A stretch of 64,000 nucleotides of DNA from contig OZ037768.1 of the NCBI GenBank assembly GCA_964035545.1, forward strand, positions 4,868,741 through 4,932,740. Direction: 5' to 3'. This DNA comes from Bugula neritina. Lineage: Eukaryota; Animalia; Bryozoa. Below are positions 51,301-64,000 of the stretch, piece after piece (positions within the stretch are counted from its first letter, which is position 1; each line of letters begins with the position of its first letter). A program made the translations under genes and the position numbers. The notes beneath the pieces are model-generated. The model made no database searches. It was not told the origin of the DNA and worked only from the letters and a program-made list of their open reading frames with translations.

Positions 51301-54066
51301 TGTTCATACATCAGACAGATTGTTGTACTTGGAACATCTACATTATTCAAAGTGAATAACACTGCCAACCCATAAGCATTGTTCAGCATTTTTAAGGAAT
51401 TTATGGTACTGCAAGATAAACACCATTTTATAGTGTCAGAGTCAAGTCACCATCAAATAATTACAAGATTATGCTGCTGTGCCCAACAAGTTTTATCCCA
51501 GCAAATTTCCAGAAAATGTTAACAGTTTGGGAAACTATTTGTGAAAATTTAAACAAGATATGCTCATGAATATATTAACGAATTTTACTTTATGTATTTC
51601 GCAAAACAATAACTTAGAAATATATACATATGATATAATACTACCAGCCATACCACTAGGAGTAGAATTAAAACTGCAGTGGTTGAGAGTTGGACTAATG
51701 TTGATTCATTAACAAAATAGTATACTGCACAGATTAATAATTTTATAGCTCATAATTTAACTCTATTAGCTTTACCTTTAGACATCAGTGGATGGTCGTT
51801 AGCTATACTTGTATCTAAATTAGAACAGTTCCAACGCTGCCCTGAAAACTGCCGTTGACATTCGTGTATAGCAAGCAAAATGCCTAAAAATAAAATGACA
51901 TTCACTTGAATTTAGTAATAATAAGCATATTTAGAATTGAAAGTTTCTTTGAAAAGACAATTTGTGGTCATTTAAAAATACTTTGGTACTGAAAATGTGC
52001 GCCTGAAGACTGAAATGATCTTATCAATACTAAGTTATGAAACGCTTGCATAACATTTTTACTCTCCTGGTGGTATAATTTATGTGGTACTTTGGAAGTG
52101 AAACAAATGATACAAGTGTATAAAGTACCTTGCATTCCTGAAGCCGTGGCATGTGGATGTCTGCGGCAGATGGCTTTCTGATGTGGCTGCAGATTCTCAA
52201 AGTCTCTACATATATTATCTGGATTAATAGTTGGCTCCGGTCTCGGTGCTTGGAATTGCAATATTTCATTCTTGGGTAAACTTTGAAAAAGAAAGAAAAC
52301 TAAACATTAAATATTTTACATTCTAAAACCACAATATGAACAAAAATCTTTATTTTTTTCAGCCTTTCTCAAGTCTGACTGTTCGAAATTAAATATATGA
52401 CCTATTATATTTCGTAGCGAAAATGAACAAAAAGAAAACAGATACGTGATGACTATAAAACATTTCTATTCTAATACATAAGTGACACAAAATAATTATA
52501 ATAAATTATTAAGAAGCATATATGATAATGAATGCACTATATATTTTAAAGCATATCGGAGTACTAGAGTCTGCAAATTTAGTACAGCAGTGATGGCAAT
52601 CTTGCTGTATAGATGAAAAACAGCTAATGTTCACACATTGGGTTATATTACTAACATTTAAATATATAATTTCAGTTTTATAATATACAGCTTTCAGTTT
52701 TATTTAACTTCTCGCAAATGATACAGACTGTATTTTTAATTTGATAGAAAACTGAATTCAAATTCTGTAAAAAGAGTTGAGATTTTAGGTGTTGAGAATT
52801 TTTGGCCACGATTGCTGCTTACTCATATATTAAAGTAGTCAGCGGCACAACGTAGTTATAACAACATAGTTAGAAGTTAGCTGCATGTGTACACTTGTAT
52901 TACACTCAAACAGTAGAAACTTTCAAGAATTAAAGAGAACTAGTCCAATCACAACGCACTAGTTAATCATAAATACTTTACAAAAAGCACGTTCAGACAA
53001 CATACAGAAGATCTATTTTACACGTTTAAACAGTTGACAAAACAGTTTTCTTGCAAAGTCAAATGCCAGATTATTTTCTAAATGCTGTTTGTAATGGTAT
53101 CGATTTATCATTTACACCACAAACACGTACAGTAGCAATGGCAGCAACAAGACCAGCTATGAGTGCATGATCATTAACTGGTATAGCTTTTTTTGTCTTT
53201 TTCGGCTTCATAAAGTTAGCTGTAATATAAGCTATTTCAAAACTTTAAAAAAAGCTGCAGTATATTCATCTCTGATTATCTTTAATAGTAGGAAGGGATA
53301 ATTTTTTATGGTTTTTGATAACCAACAGTGACACCTTATGTACTTGTAGCTTCTTTTTCTGAAATTGTCATAATTTATTGCAGAAATTTGCAGCAAATCT
53401 CCTTGTCCAGTTCCCTTAAAAATTAAGTAGCCAGTACATAGATAGAGAACCTGAGCAACTTTGTCCTTATAAATACAACCGTTTACAGTAGCGTGATGTT
53501 TTACACACGTACTGATAAAATAAATTTAAAACTATCGAAAGTTATACAAAATCTTTTCTCTATACAAAACATAAATTTTTTTGCATAACGAATAATTAAA
53601 CTCGGAATACAGGAAATCTGTTTAATAAAAATGCATTTACTTGGACTACCTATATAAAATTATACCAGACTGAAGCTCAGGGTCAAATTAATACAACTTT
53701 ATATAGAAACACGTACAGTTTAGGAATGTTAAATGTAAGTTGCATTGAATCAAGCTTTACGATTATTATTGATACCTATTTCAGTATTTGCATTAGCAGC
53801 AAACCCACCTATAAAAAGTATTCTTTGAAGTTAAACTGTTATAAAAAACATATCTCCATTTTTCAAGGTTGATATTAGAAATACTTTTTATATTGACAAC
53901 CTATTTTTTTAAGAAAAGCTTATCTGTAATATCTGTAGAGTTTACTGAAATAATTTCTAGTATAACTGCACAATAGTAGGCCTATTTACCTGTACAAACA
54001 AGTCACATGTAGAAATGATATCACAATAAAGAATCTCTGATACCGAAACAAGAATCCAATTTCCAT
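48366..54066 (-). CDS. WNT10: Wnt10 ligand, 7 coding exons
   Basis: Signal-peptide exon MEIGFLFRYQRFFIVISFLHVTCLY (54066-53990, phase 2 fits); NEILQFQAPRPEPTINPDNIC, AIHECQRQFSGQRWNCS, RETAFTHAITAAG..SCALGK; C-terminus [26 protein letters not shown], the EWV.VCK ending typical of Wnt10. Confidence 0.88.
49103..49448. repeat. 36-bp minisatellite (GTTACT[G/C]TACAGGT[A/G]G[G/A]AACACTTCTATATAGAGCA), about 9.6 copies, last Wnt10 intron
   Basis: Directly visible; head-to-tail with no spacers. Confidence 0.96.
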
Positions 54067-55925
54067 CTTAGCAGAGTTAATATCACTTTACATTACTAAG
54101 CAAATAGCTGTTGAAAATTAGAAAATTCACTTTTGTCAGGTGAATTATCTTAAATTATCTGTGTGAATTCTTTGGCTACTTCAACTTGATTGCAGTACAT
54201 AAATATCTGTCGTGTTGTTTAATGTGCAGTCAAATGACTCCTGATTAGTAAGCTCCGCCTTCTTGTAGCTCCTTCAGATGCATGTTTGTAATAATTAGCA
54301 AGAATAATACGGTTCCTCCCAGGATAATGATTTGACTATAGGCCTACTGCCAGCAAACAGAGCAGTTGTAACCAAACAAAATTTGTAAGATATTAAAATG
54401 TGTTACATAAAGCTTTCAAAAATTTGTTTAAAAATTCAGTTTTTTCAATTTGTAAGAATTATTTGATTAAAATAATGACAGTTAACTGAGTACACATGCT
54501 TGTCAATAAAACATCCTTGGATATTGGAAGACAGAAATAGGTGCAAGTCACACAAAACAAATTTCAATGAGCATTCAATTGTTAATATGCCAATATAAAT
54601 ACACCCCTTGAAAAGATGACAGCTCAATTGAGCAGTAAAGTTAAATAAGCTACGACAGTAATTTGATTGTGGCAATGAAACATACGTTGTTATTATTTTA
54701 AGGTGCGTGTGGTTCAAATTGCCTTTGCCAGTTATCATGATCTTGAATACAAAATGTGATATATTTTTAATTTTGCTTATATCAAGTGCGCGGAACATTT
54801 TAAGTTTGCCTATTTCTTTATAAAAGTTTGAATGCGTGAAATATTTATTGCTGCTGCATGTACTAGTCTGGTAGCCGAAAATATATGGGGCTGCATAACT
54901 CAAAGCTGATAAACTTTTGTCACAGCAATTATCTTTGATGAGATTTTAACATGAATTACCCTAATAATTACAAGATTATTTATGGCTAAAGATATTCATA
55001 GGCAGAATGTACCATTTTGTATATAAATCAGGCTAAAAAATCCCAAGTCAACTAAATTAATAAAAAGGTATGAACAATTTAGGGAGGCTTTGAAGATAAA
55101 AGAAGCCTGTGACAATACCAAAATGAATAGTTGTGGTGCTTCAAGTATCTTCATACATTGTGCTAATAGTGGTTAATGATTTCTCAAGAGTTTGAGGTTG
55201 TGCCCAAGTTTGCGCTTCATTTGATGTGGTGTGTGAGAGTTGAGGATGGTGTGGTCATATAGTGAGCTAGATAACTTCCCCTATCATTCTATACTCACAG
55301 ATATTTATGGGGAGACCAAGTTTTATGGGAGTGTTAATTAAGAAATTATACCCTCATCAACATCAACTTTTTTGGAACAATAACTTAAAATGCAACACTG
55401 GTAATTACCAACCTTCAAAAGTGGGACAAACAAACTATGATGGTAGATTTTATTAAAACTATTTTGAAGACGTATCAGGTAGCACAGTGGCCTGGCTTTG
55501 TAAATTGAGAGTGTTAACTTATGAATAATTACACTAACCCATAATTTGGTAACACAGGCGTATCTGATAAACAGCTTTTAATACACAGTAAAAGCTGATT
55601 CCGTCAAACAAACACAGAGGGCCATCCTTTGAAAATTTAACTATCAATGTTTCCAACCTTAAGAGAGACAATGTGAAGATGAAATGTTTGTACCTATTAT
55701 CCAGTTTGCATATTTGCATAGTTGTTAACAATATTTGGAGAAGGAGGCAGTGTGACCACTACACCAAATGCACATGTGAATGAATGTACTTGAAGTAGTG
55801 AGAATATTAATTCAATTTATTATTTCTAAAACAAGTTAAAACAAAATGCAGATGTTCTAGAAAGTTAGTTCTTGTTGGTTAGCAACGGTGAAACAGCCTT
55901 GGAGAAGCATTCGACGCTCTTTCAT

Positions 55926-58900
55926 CTATTTGTTACTGTCACCAGATGGTCTACAATATAATAAAATTGATGAAAGTAAGTGGCAAATATCCAGAGGTGA
56001 GCGTATACGAGCCTGGAGCTGTCATGTCACTAACTCACTGCACTACAATTATATTCTAATGTTGATTTATCACTCTGACATCTTACGCCTGAGCAAAATA
56101 ATGTCAACCATGAAATTGTTAGTTAACAAAACATCATTACTGTCAAGCCTCCAGTTGCACTTACAGTTATAATTATTTTAAAAAAGACTGCTTGAGGCCT
56201 TTTATAACATACAGAAAGAGTGGATGTTATATTCAAATAAAGTGAAACAAAACTGCTTATATTATTGGGTGTTGAAAACTATACACAAGATGTCAAACAA
56301 GTTTCTTCTGCTGCAAAACCTCAAGCAATAGAATATATTATATCCTCACACCAGCAATAGAACAAAGAACAAGGATATGAAGATTATTTAATAAGTTTCA
56401 GTATAAATATACATACTTGGCCCATTCAACTTTCAATATGAGATGATCATAGCCAAATCCAGAGACACCCTGTATGGCTCTGGCTGCATCTTCTTTACGA
56501 ATAAAGTTTATAAAAGCGAAACCCTAAAAGAAAAGACTGAGCATCAGCAAGCGACATGCAATTGTTATCATTTAAATATCAGCTTTGAGAAATTTATCTA
56601 AGAAAACAGATAGAAAAAAAAGAATGAAAGAAATAACTGGAAAATACAACAATAAATATTCTAAGTCTTTACCAAACAAAATTCAAATCAACAATTTTCC
56701 AGACACAATTAAAATGCAGCACAGTTAAGCTATTATAGCCATATGGATATAAAACCTAAAGTTGCTGGGAGCTATTTTAGTAAAAACTTCAACAGACTAC
56801 GAATCCATACAACGCAAGACGGTTGACATTATAAACCATATTATTACGATAAACCACCTAAAGATCGAAGCCCTACTGGTGCATAAATCTACTTTAAGCG
56901 CATTTGGGAGACCATTTAGGGCTGTAGACGGTTACTACTAACAATGTAGATTACCATTCTACAAGACAATAAAATTCCTAAATTTTTGTAAACTGCTAAT
57001 TTACAAAATAACGAAGAATATGGAGACTTCGATTCATGATGCAAGTTTCTTGTTCAACAAGTGATTGGTGCCCAGTCCCATTGTAATAGCAAATAACTAA
57101 GAGAAAGCATTGACAATGTATTTCAATTTGATACATTAATTTCAAAATGTTGACAAATTCAAAGCAAACAACTGTAATTAATTTACTGGCACATGCATGC
57201 TAATCACATTACAATGGTTGAGCAATAGAGCACTGGTAGACACACTAGACACACTTTATTGTAGTCAGCTAACAAAGGAGCTGAGCAAATGACAGGCTCA
57301 CACGCACACTACCTTTGAGGCACCAGTATTTTTATCCTTAGCCAAATAAATTCTTGAAATATTTCCAAATGGTCTGAACAGTTCCTGTAGATCTTCCTCA
57401 ACAGTATCTTCAGAGAGGTTGGTAACCCTAATAGTTGCATGATCCTCTGGAACAAGACATTATGTATGTTACAGTGATAGTTGTACACCTGTAAGTCTGT
57501 TGTTTGCCAACAAACATCCCCATAAAACCTGCTCATTGCACAGCACAAGTGGAACTAACTATAAATTATTATGTAACTGGGAGCCAAAATCTAACGACAG
57601 ATTGCAGGTTCCTATTTATGAAATAAATTCCTCCTAAAAAGTGTAATGCATTATTTCTTCTCAATGCCGAGATTTAGTTGATAGACCAGGTCTAATTTTT
57701 ATTGAGATTATGATACGTTGCCAAGTATTACAGTGAGCAGGTAAAATCAGGTGAGATAACTTGAAATATGGAATTAAGAGAGTTTACCATCTTAGTATAG
57801 AGCAATGGGCTACATAACCTTGAAAGTATAGGTACAATGGTACATACAATGTAGATGTTTGTTAAGAACAAACGTTCAAATGCTTAAACTTACGTCACAC
57901 TGTATCAAATAACTAAAAATACGTAAAATTTATTCAATGACTTTTAGTTTCAAGCCTTCTAAAGACAGATCACATGCAGGAATACATGCAATGCAGATGT
58001 CATATGAAATATGTGACAACTCCCAAATAACTTAATTTCACTTTGCAGCTTTCAATACTGTTCTACTGCATCGGTATACTAGACACATATCTACTGACTG
58101 ACCAATGCTAACACGCTGCACATATGACCAGAAAAGTTATAATATTACACATTATGTATAGCCTGTAGAGTTATCTATCTGCATTCCTCAACAATACTAA
58201 TATTGTAAATTTCAGGTAAATTTTTTAGTAGTCTAAAAACTTCAACATTATCATAAAGCACTATTTTGAATAGTCAACAAATATAGCAACAAACACAGAA
58301 TTCACTGTAAGGTAGCACATACCTCTTGATCTCATCTGCATAGATTCTCCCTCCTTCTTTGCAGCCCCACCACGCATGCTTGGAGGAACGTATCGTCCAC
58401 CAGTCTTAGGAGCTCCTCCATCTGGTGCAGCTTCATTAGGGGGAGTGGCTTCTCCACCCTGATTCAGAGACTCTTGCAGGGTACCCAGGGTATCCTTGTA
58501 TGGACATTTAGTGGTCCAATGGTCGCCCTTACAAATACGACACTGCACCATCTTCTGGCCTGCAGAAAACACATTACATTATAGGGTAAAACTTTGGAAT
58601 AGTTATTGTAATTCTATATACTAGTACAACAGACAACTCCAACATAGCAAATAATATATGAACAGGAGGCCAGCGGTGATAGCAATTCCAGTCAGATCTT
58701 CTGGCACATACAGGTTTGAGAGGAAAATAAAACAACCTTGGAGAGCGGCGAGTGGGTTGGCCTCCGTTTCTGCTTCCTGAGCCGCCTCCTTTGTGTGAAC
58801 AAACTGCATCTGAATGTCTTCTACGGAGCAGATGGTGTTGGCGGGGTTGGGTCCAGGGGGGTCTTGGGCAGCTTCACCAAACTTCTTCCAAGTCTAAAGG

Positions 58901-61288
58901 AAGATAAGCAGGAGTATCACATGTGGTCTTGGGTGTAGGCACAGCCAATAAATTATGGTCAATTCAGTGGGTATTGAAAGTCATTTGTTTTCCACTAGAA
59001 CAGTTTTACTGGCTTTGAGAATAATATCTAGTCGACAGCAGTTAGCCCCAGTATAAACTGAGCTACTGTTAACTAAACTCAGTTTAAGTTTTACTACATG
59101 AAAATATTCTGTTATTTATCCTTACAGATGCATTATGGCCATTACACATGCTGAAAACCTCATCCCATTATGCTTGGGAGGGGGGTGGGATAAAATATAT
59201 TGCACTGGCAGAGCTTAAACAAGGCTGCCAAGATGTGCCATTGGCTATATTAATTGCCTACTCTTAAAATAAATCTTATCCAAAAGTAAGTTGTATTTAA
59301 CTGCTTTTTTTCTGCGTATACTCAATTTAATAGCTTTACAAATGAGAACTTAAAACCTTTTCAAACATTTGAATTTAAAATTAAGCAAGGCTAGACCAAG
59401 GTACCGTAATTTGAGGTTGTCAGACTTTAAAAGTTTTGTAAACGGCAGCTTTCTATATTTACCACAGGATGCATTTGTAGGTTAAGCTTTATCTTAGCCA
59501 AAATAAGTTTCAAAATATCTGAGAGGATTGAGTGTACTACAAGACATTGAAGTACCTTCTGCAGTTGTTAAGTTGACTGAATCCTTTAAAAAGAGTTACT
59601 AAATATTGCAGTTTTAAGAATAACTATAAAAATTGAAACTTATTCCATCTATCCAAGTAGATTCTATTAATCCAAATGACTAGCAAATGTCTCAAAAGAA
59701 ATAATGGCATCGTCTGACTTAAATTGACAATACGAATGCACTTGTGAAAGTATATGTTTTAGAGATGGCTAAAAAACAAATAAAATAAGACATGATCTTT
59801 TTCTATGAAGAAGAGTTAAAATGGGTAGATAACTCCTAATTTCTACAAGCTATAAACTGCTCTTATATGGTACAAAAAATTAGCAACTTGAAACACTGAA
59901 AATGAATAACCATTATTTTACTTCCATATTTTCCCAAATGTTTCTAGCCTATTTTCTAAAACAAGCAGATATCACTATGCTTCATTAAAAACTGGGTAAT
60001 AGGTAAACAAGTAAAAGGAAGCTCCAAAAACATTTGCTAGTTTCTCCCATGCCAGTTTTATGTCAAACTCATTACATATTTCCAGCTTAGAGGCAGAGCA
60101 GGATCTTTGATAAAATATCAACCAAATTTGAATTATTTAACAGGAAATAAATTGTGATAAATTTTGTCAACATAAATGTTACAAATTTTCATTTTTCTAA
60201 CTTGAAATTACTTTTCAGTCAACAATGATTATCTATAGATAGTTCATTTAAAAATTCATATTATCGCAAGAATACATTAGGCAGCTACTTTTTATTAGTA
60301 CCAGCTTTTAGCTAATGAAAATATTGAATTAAAGCATCAATATTACCTTTCTTTTAGCAATTGACTTGGAGACTTTCCTGGTTTCTGTTTTATATGTTTT
60401 TACCACCTTTACTTTCTTTTTATCATCATTGAGTTTATATTCTGTAACAGTTCTAGTACCAGTGTTTTTGTCAAAAGTCTCACTTCTTGGGGGCAGCTCT
60501 AAAACACGGAAAGTGATGACAATTATTATAACACTTCTCAACCAACAAACATTTGGGCAAATTTTACTAATTCAAAGATAGATAATGTTAGCTTTGAAAG
60601 TTATATCATGATTTAAAATTATCGGATCAACTGGAAATTCATGCTTGGCGTAATAAAATTACTTATATCATAGCCTTAGGCTTGACCCAAGACGAAGATA
60701 AACTGTGACAATTTTATAATTCCTCAAAGTTTTTGATAATTAAAGTAAGTGGATAAAATTTAGGGCACTAACCAACATTTTCTCCTTCTTCAACTTGATC
60801 AGCCCAACTTGGTTTCACACTACAAAAAATGGTAGAATCAAGTCGTGCTTGATTGCATCATTTTAGCTTTGAAAAAAAAACATTTATTTTTGTCTTTTAG
60901 GAAGCAGTCATTAGTGATTAGTCAAGCTATAACTGTTAGTATTAGTTTCAGCTATAAGTATAAGTATAATCAAGCTATTAAGCTCACAGGACGGGTACAA
61001 CTTTAACTTATCAATTATCATAGACGTATGATAATAATATGTCTATGAGTTATGAGTTGAACTTCAAGTTAATCATAATGCTAATGTTATATTTGTAACT
61101 AATAAGAATTCACAATGACATTGCCATTTCAAGTCAAAATCAGAAAATGGAAATACAAAATACTCTCAATCTCATTAAGTCATAGTCATTAGCGATCAGT
61201 CATTTACTTTTAGTTTTACTCATTTACATTATGATTATGATTATAATTATGAAAGTTAAACTCACTCTACTGATTCTAAGCTTGGCAT
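55926..61288 (-). CDS. EIF3G: Eukaryotic translation initiation factor 3 subunit G
   Basis: [41 protein letters not shown] zinc knuckle, [11 protein letters not shown] ([29 protein letters not shown]). Confidence 0.97.
60905..61262. repeat. Degenerate 6-bp-periodic tract, EIF3G intron 1
   Basis: GCTATAACTGTTAGTATTAG, CTATAAGTATAAGTATAA, ATTATGATTATGATTATAATTATGAAAG. Confidence 0.7.
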
Positions 61289-61329
61289 GGTGCGACTGTA
61301 ACTACTGCTTGAAAGCAACGTCGGCAGTA

Positions 61330-61645
61330 AAGTAATTTAAAATGTATCTTCTTCAACGGAAATGCAAATACGAAATTAATAAGCGTGAATATGAAAAAGT
61401 ATCGACATAAACTAATAGTACGAATGGTGAACAGAACTGTAGATGTCACGAGCCTACAGTCACAATTACATAACCACGCCAACATTTGACGTTGGTAAAG
61501 AGTTGAAACAAAATTTACCTGCAATCTAATAGTTTAAAGCAAGCTCTGCTCGAGTGGACTAATGTATACGCATGCGTATATCTGAATGCATTCTGGTATA
61601 GCATTAACATTCCATGGTAACAGGCCAGACTTGTGTGCATGTGAG
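61330..61645. promoter_or_regulatory. Bidirectional promoter EIF3G/ARL6 with palindrome TATACGCATGCGTATA (61565-61580) and X-box-like CATTCCATGGTAAC (61608-61621)
   Basis: Divergent genes; CpG-richer; probable ARL6 exon 1 donor GTGAGT at 61641. Confidence 0.6.
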
Positions 61646-61774
61646 TAAACTCGAGTTTTTACTCTCACTCAATTGGATTTACACTCATGTGTATTTGTCT
61701 GCATTGCTTAAAAAGCATACTGTTTTAAAGATTTTAAATTTATTAACGTTGCTAACCCATAAATGAGGTAAAAT

Positions 61775-62100
61775 TATTAGTTATAATGATAATGTTATAT
61801 ACTTGAAAGTTGAGTAATACTAATAGTAATAGTATTACTAAAAGTAAAAGTATAAGTAATAGTAAATGTAATAATCTAATTTAATACTAATACTAATGGT
61901 AATAACTAATACTAATGGGTAATAGTAGCTATGATAATGATACTAAAAGTATTGACATCACTGTAGGTGCATGAGTATCACCATCAGTATTATTACAAGC
62001 GTTCATTATACCATCTTTACAGCAGCATTACTTTATTTCAATACTTGGAATTGGTGAACTATATTAAATGTTAATATATAAGTATTATAAACATGTAAAT
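61775..62100. repeat. Degenerate 6-bp-periodic tract, ARL6 intron 1
   Basis: AGTAATACTAATAGTAATAGTATTACTAAAAGTAAAAGTATAAGTAATAGTAAATGTAAT. Confidence 0.75.
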
Positions 62101-62976
62101 AAAGATGGCTTTAATTAGATAAAATAGTATACATGTATTTAGGAAAGCTTTTTTTTTCTACATAATATATTGTTGCTACAGCTTAAATGTCGAATGTAAA
62201 AGTTGCCACTAAGATGAAGGTCTCATTAAAAACTTCACCAAGTCTTTTAAAACTTCTTTAACTACAAAAAGTTGACTCAATTTACTTTTTCTCAGACTTC
62301 AATGCTTTCTTTTTAATTTGCCCATAAACGGATTACAGCTTTATTGCAAATCGTGTTATATTATATGAGTTTATTTATATTCTATACCTGAAACTCTTAT
62401 AATAGTGCACTGATTCTACTTAATATACATAATTTTTGTTCTCAAATCCCTAAACAGTGGGACTAATGTGCCACTTTTTTATGCTAAATTGTAATATAGT
62501 TTTGGTTATGGTATGACAGTTTAGCCTTATATCAGTATCATTTCATTTAAAATTAATTTCATTATGTTATATATACTATAACATGTAACCATTAGTGTTC
62601 TTTGTCGGTCAGATAAATGATAAAATGTCAGGTACTTAGTGCATGTCATGAATCTGTTATGATGATTGTAGATTATAAAGTGATGTAAAGTTTAGTTATA
62701 GTATTTATTTTCAGTTTATTATAAATGATTAACAAAAGTGAAACAATTAAAATTCACCAATTAAATTCAGTAATCCTACTTGTATGTTAAATTTGGGTAT
62801 AAATAATTGTGCACGGCTTGCAGTTTTAAAAATGTTCTGAAATTATCCTTGAGTATCTATTTAGCCAAGCAAGTAAAACCATACATGACGATATTTGAAA
62901 AATAATAAGATGTTTGTGATTATAAAATGGCTTGTGTGAATGTTGGTAAGTATTTGTTGCTTTTTTTTATAGAAAA

Positions 62977-63636
62977 ATGGGGATTTTAGATAAGCTAGCT
63001 GAGTTTCTTGGAATGAAGAAAAAGGAAGCAAATATAATAGTAGTGGGGCTTGACAACAGTGGTAAATATTGTATTTTAATATACTTTTAAACATATGTAT
63101 ATTAATAAATGTATTATAAATATATAAATAAATGAATAGCAGGTCACGCAAATATTCTAACTAGGCTTGTTACTTGACTGAAAATTCTTCTGGCAAATAC
63201 TCTTTAATAAAAACATGTTACATTAAATTATGAATGTCTGAGAAATTGTTTGGAGACTTGGTGTTTATAGTTTTGTTGTTATTACTATATCTAAAAATTG
63301 TATTATTCAGTTAAATAATTATTACATGTACACATGCATCTACACCTATAAAGTAACTAAATTGTATACACATACAATTACATTTTTGAGTTTTAAAAAT
63401 GGTAAAACTGAGTAATAAATAGCAGTTATTATTTTTAGGAAAGACTACAATAATCAATCAACTTAAACCTGTGGAAGCAAAGAGACACGACATTGTGCCT
63501 ACTGTTGGTTTCACTGTTGAATCTTTTGCAACAAAATCCTTCAAGTTTAATGCATTTGACATGTCAGGTCAAGGTCGTTACCGGAGCTTGTGGGAGCATT
63601 ATTATAGAGATTGTCATGGCATAATATTTGTTATAG
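62977..63636 (+). CDS. ARL6: ADP-ribosylation factor-like 6 (BBS3), first two coding exons; gene continues beyond the window
   Basis: [39 protein letters not shown]...IVPTVGF...FDMSGQGRYRSLWEHYY. Confidence 0.95.
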
Positions 63637-64000
63637 GTGAGCCATACAGCATAATGCTGTATGAACCTAATTTTAAAGTGTGTCACCTAATTTTGTTGAC
63701 GTTCATAAATACCCATAGAGGTATACCATGATATTAAGCTACATCATGTCATGTCTTTAATAATAGATAGCTTGTGAAAATATCATTGTATTGAAGTTGA
63801 ACAATATAAATTTTCAACCAGCATAAGTTTGCACTAAAAGTTTGTGTGGTGCTTTATTCTGGGAGGAGATAATTTCTATACTAAAATATTAAAAATAGAC
63901 CAATATTTTACAAAATGTTGCATACATACCTCAAATAGCAAGCAACAGTTTACACTATTAGCATGATTGTTATAGTAGTTATGTGATAGTGTAGTTACGT

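Noticed and set aside
53128-53425. Exon-like segments in Wnt10 intron 1 (MKPKKTKK...ALIAGLVAAIAT) as an alternative signal-peptide exon
   Set aside because: No phase-2 donor to join exon 2; the 54066-53990 exon fits properly; no convincing homology.

Overview
AT-rich, intron-rich, gene-dense metazoan (invertebrate-like) genomic DNA; it is not prokaryotic. Eleven spliced protein genes were reconstructed by eye: VIRMA (3' part, +), IER3IP1 (-), a C7orf57-like gene (-), JMJD4 (+), a CD63-like tetraspanin (-), La/SSB (-), PHB1 (+), PDHB (-), Wnt10 (-), EIF3G (-) and ARL6/BBS3 (5' part, +). They form tight head-to-head and tail-to-tail pairs. A U11 minor-spliceosome snRNA gene sits in a VIRMA intron. 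Introns also hold a hAT MITE, a solo LTR, a PIF/Harbinger MITE and several mini/microsatellites. The most unusual signal is a degenerate, strand-symmetric 6-bp-periodic sequence (roughly (ANTNWN)n, not a tandem repeat). It fills the promoter-proximal part of intron 1 in all nine non-Wnt genes whose 5' end is visible, and I did not see it in internal introns or in Wnt10 intron 1. Other notable points: Wnt10 lies outside the Wnt1/6/10 cluster and has an altered acylation motif, two introns need GC donors, RFX X-box-like motifs sit at the two ciliary genes, and three TCACGTGA (CLEAR-core) sites lie in the CD63-like locus. Gene calls rest on remembered homology and splice-phase reasoning; no searches were run.
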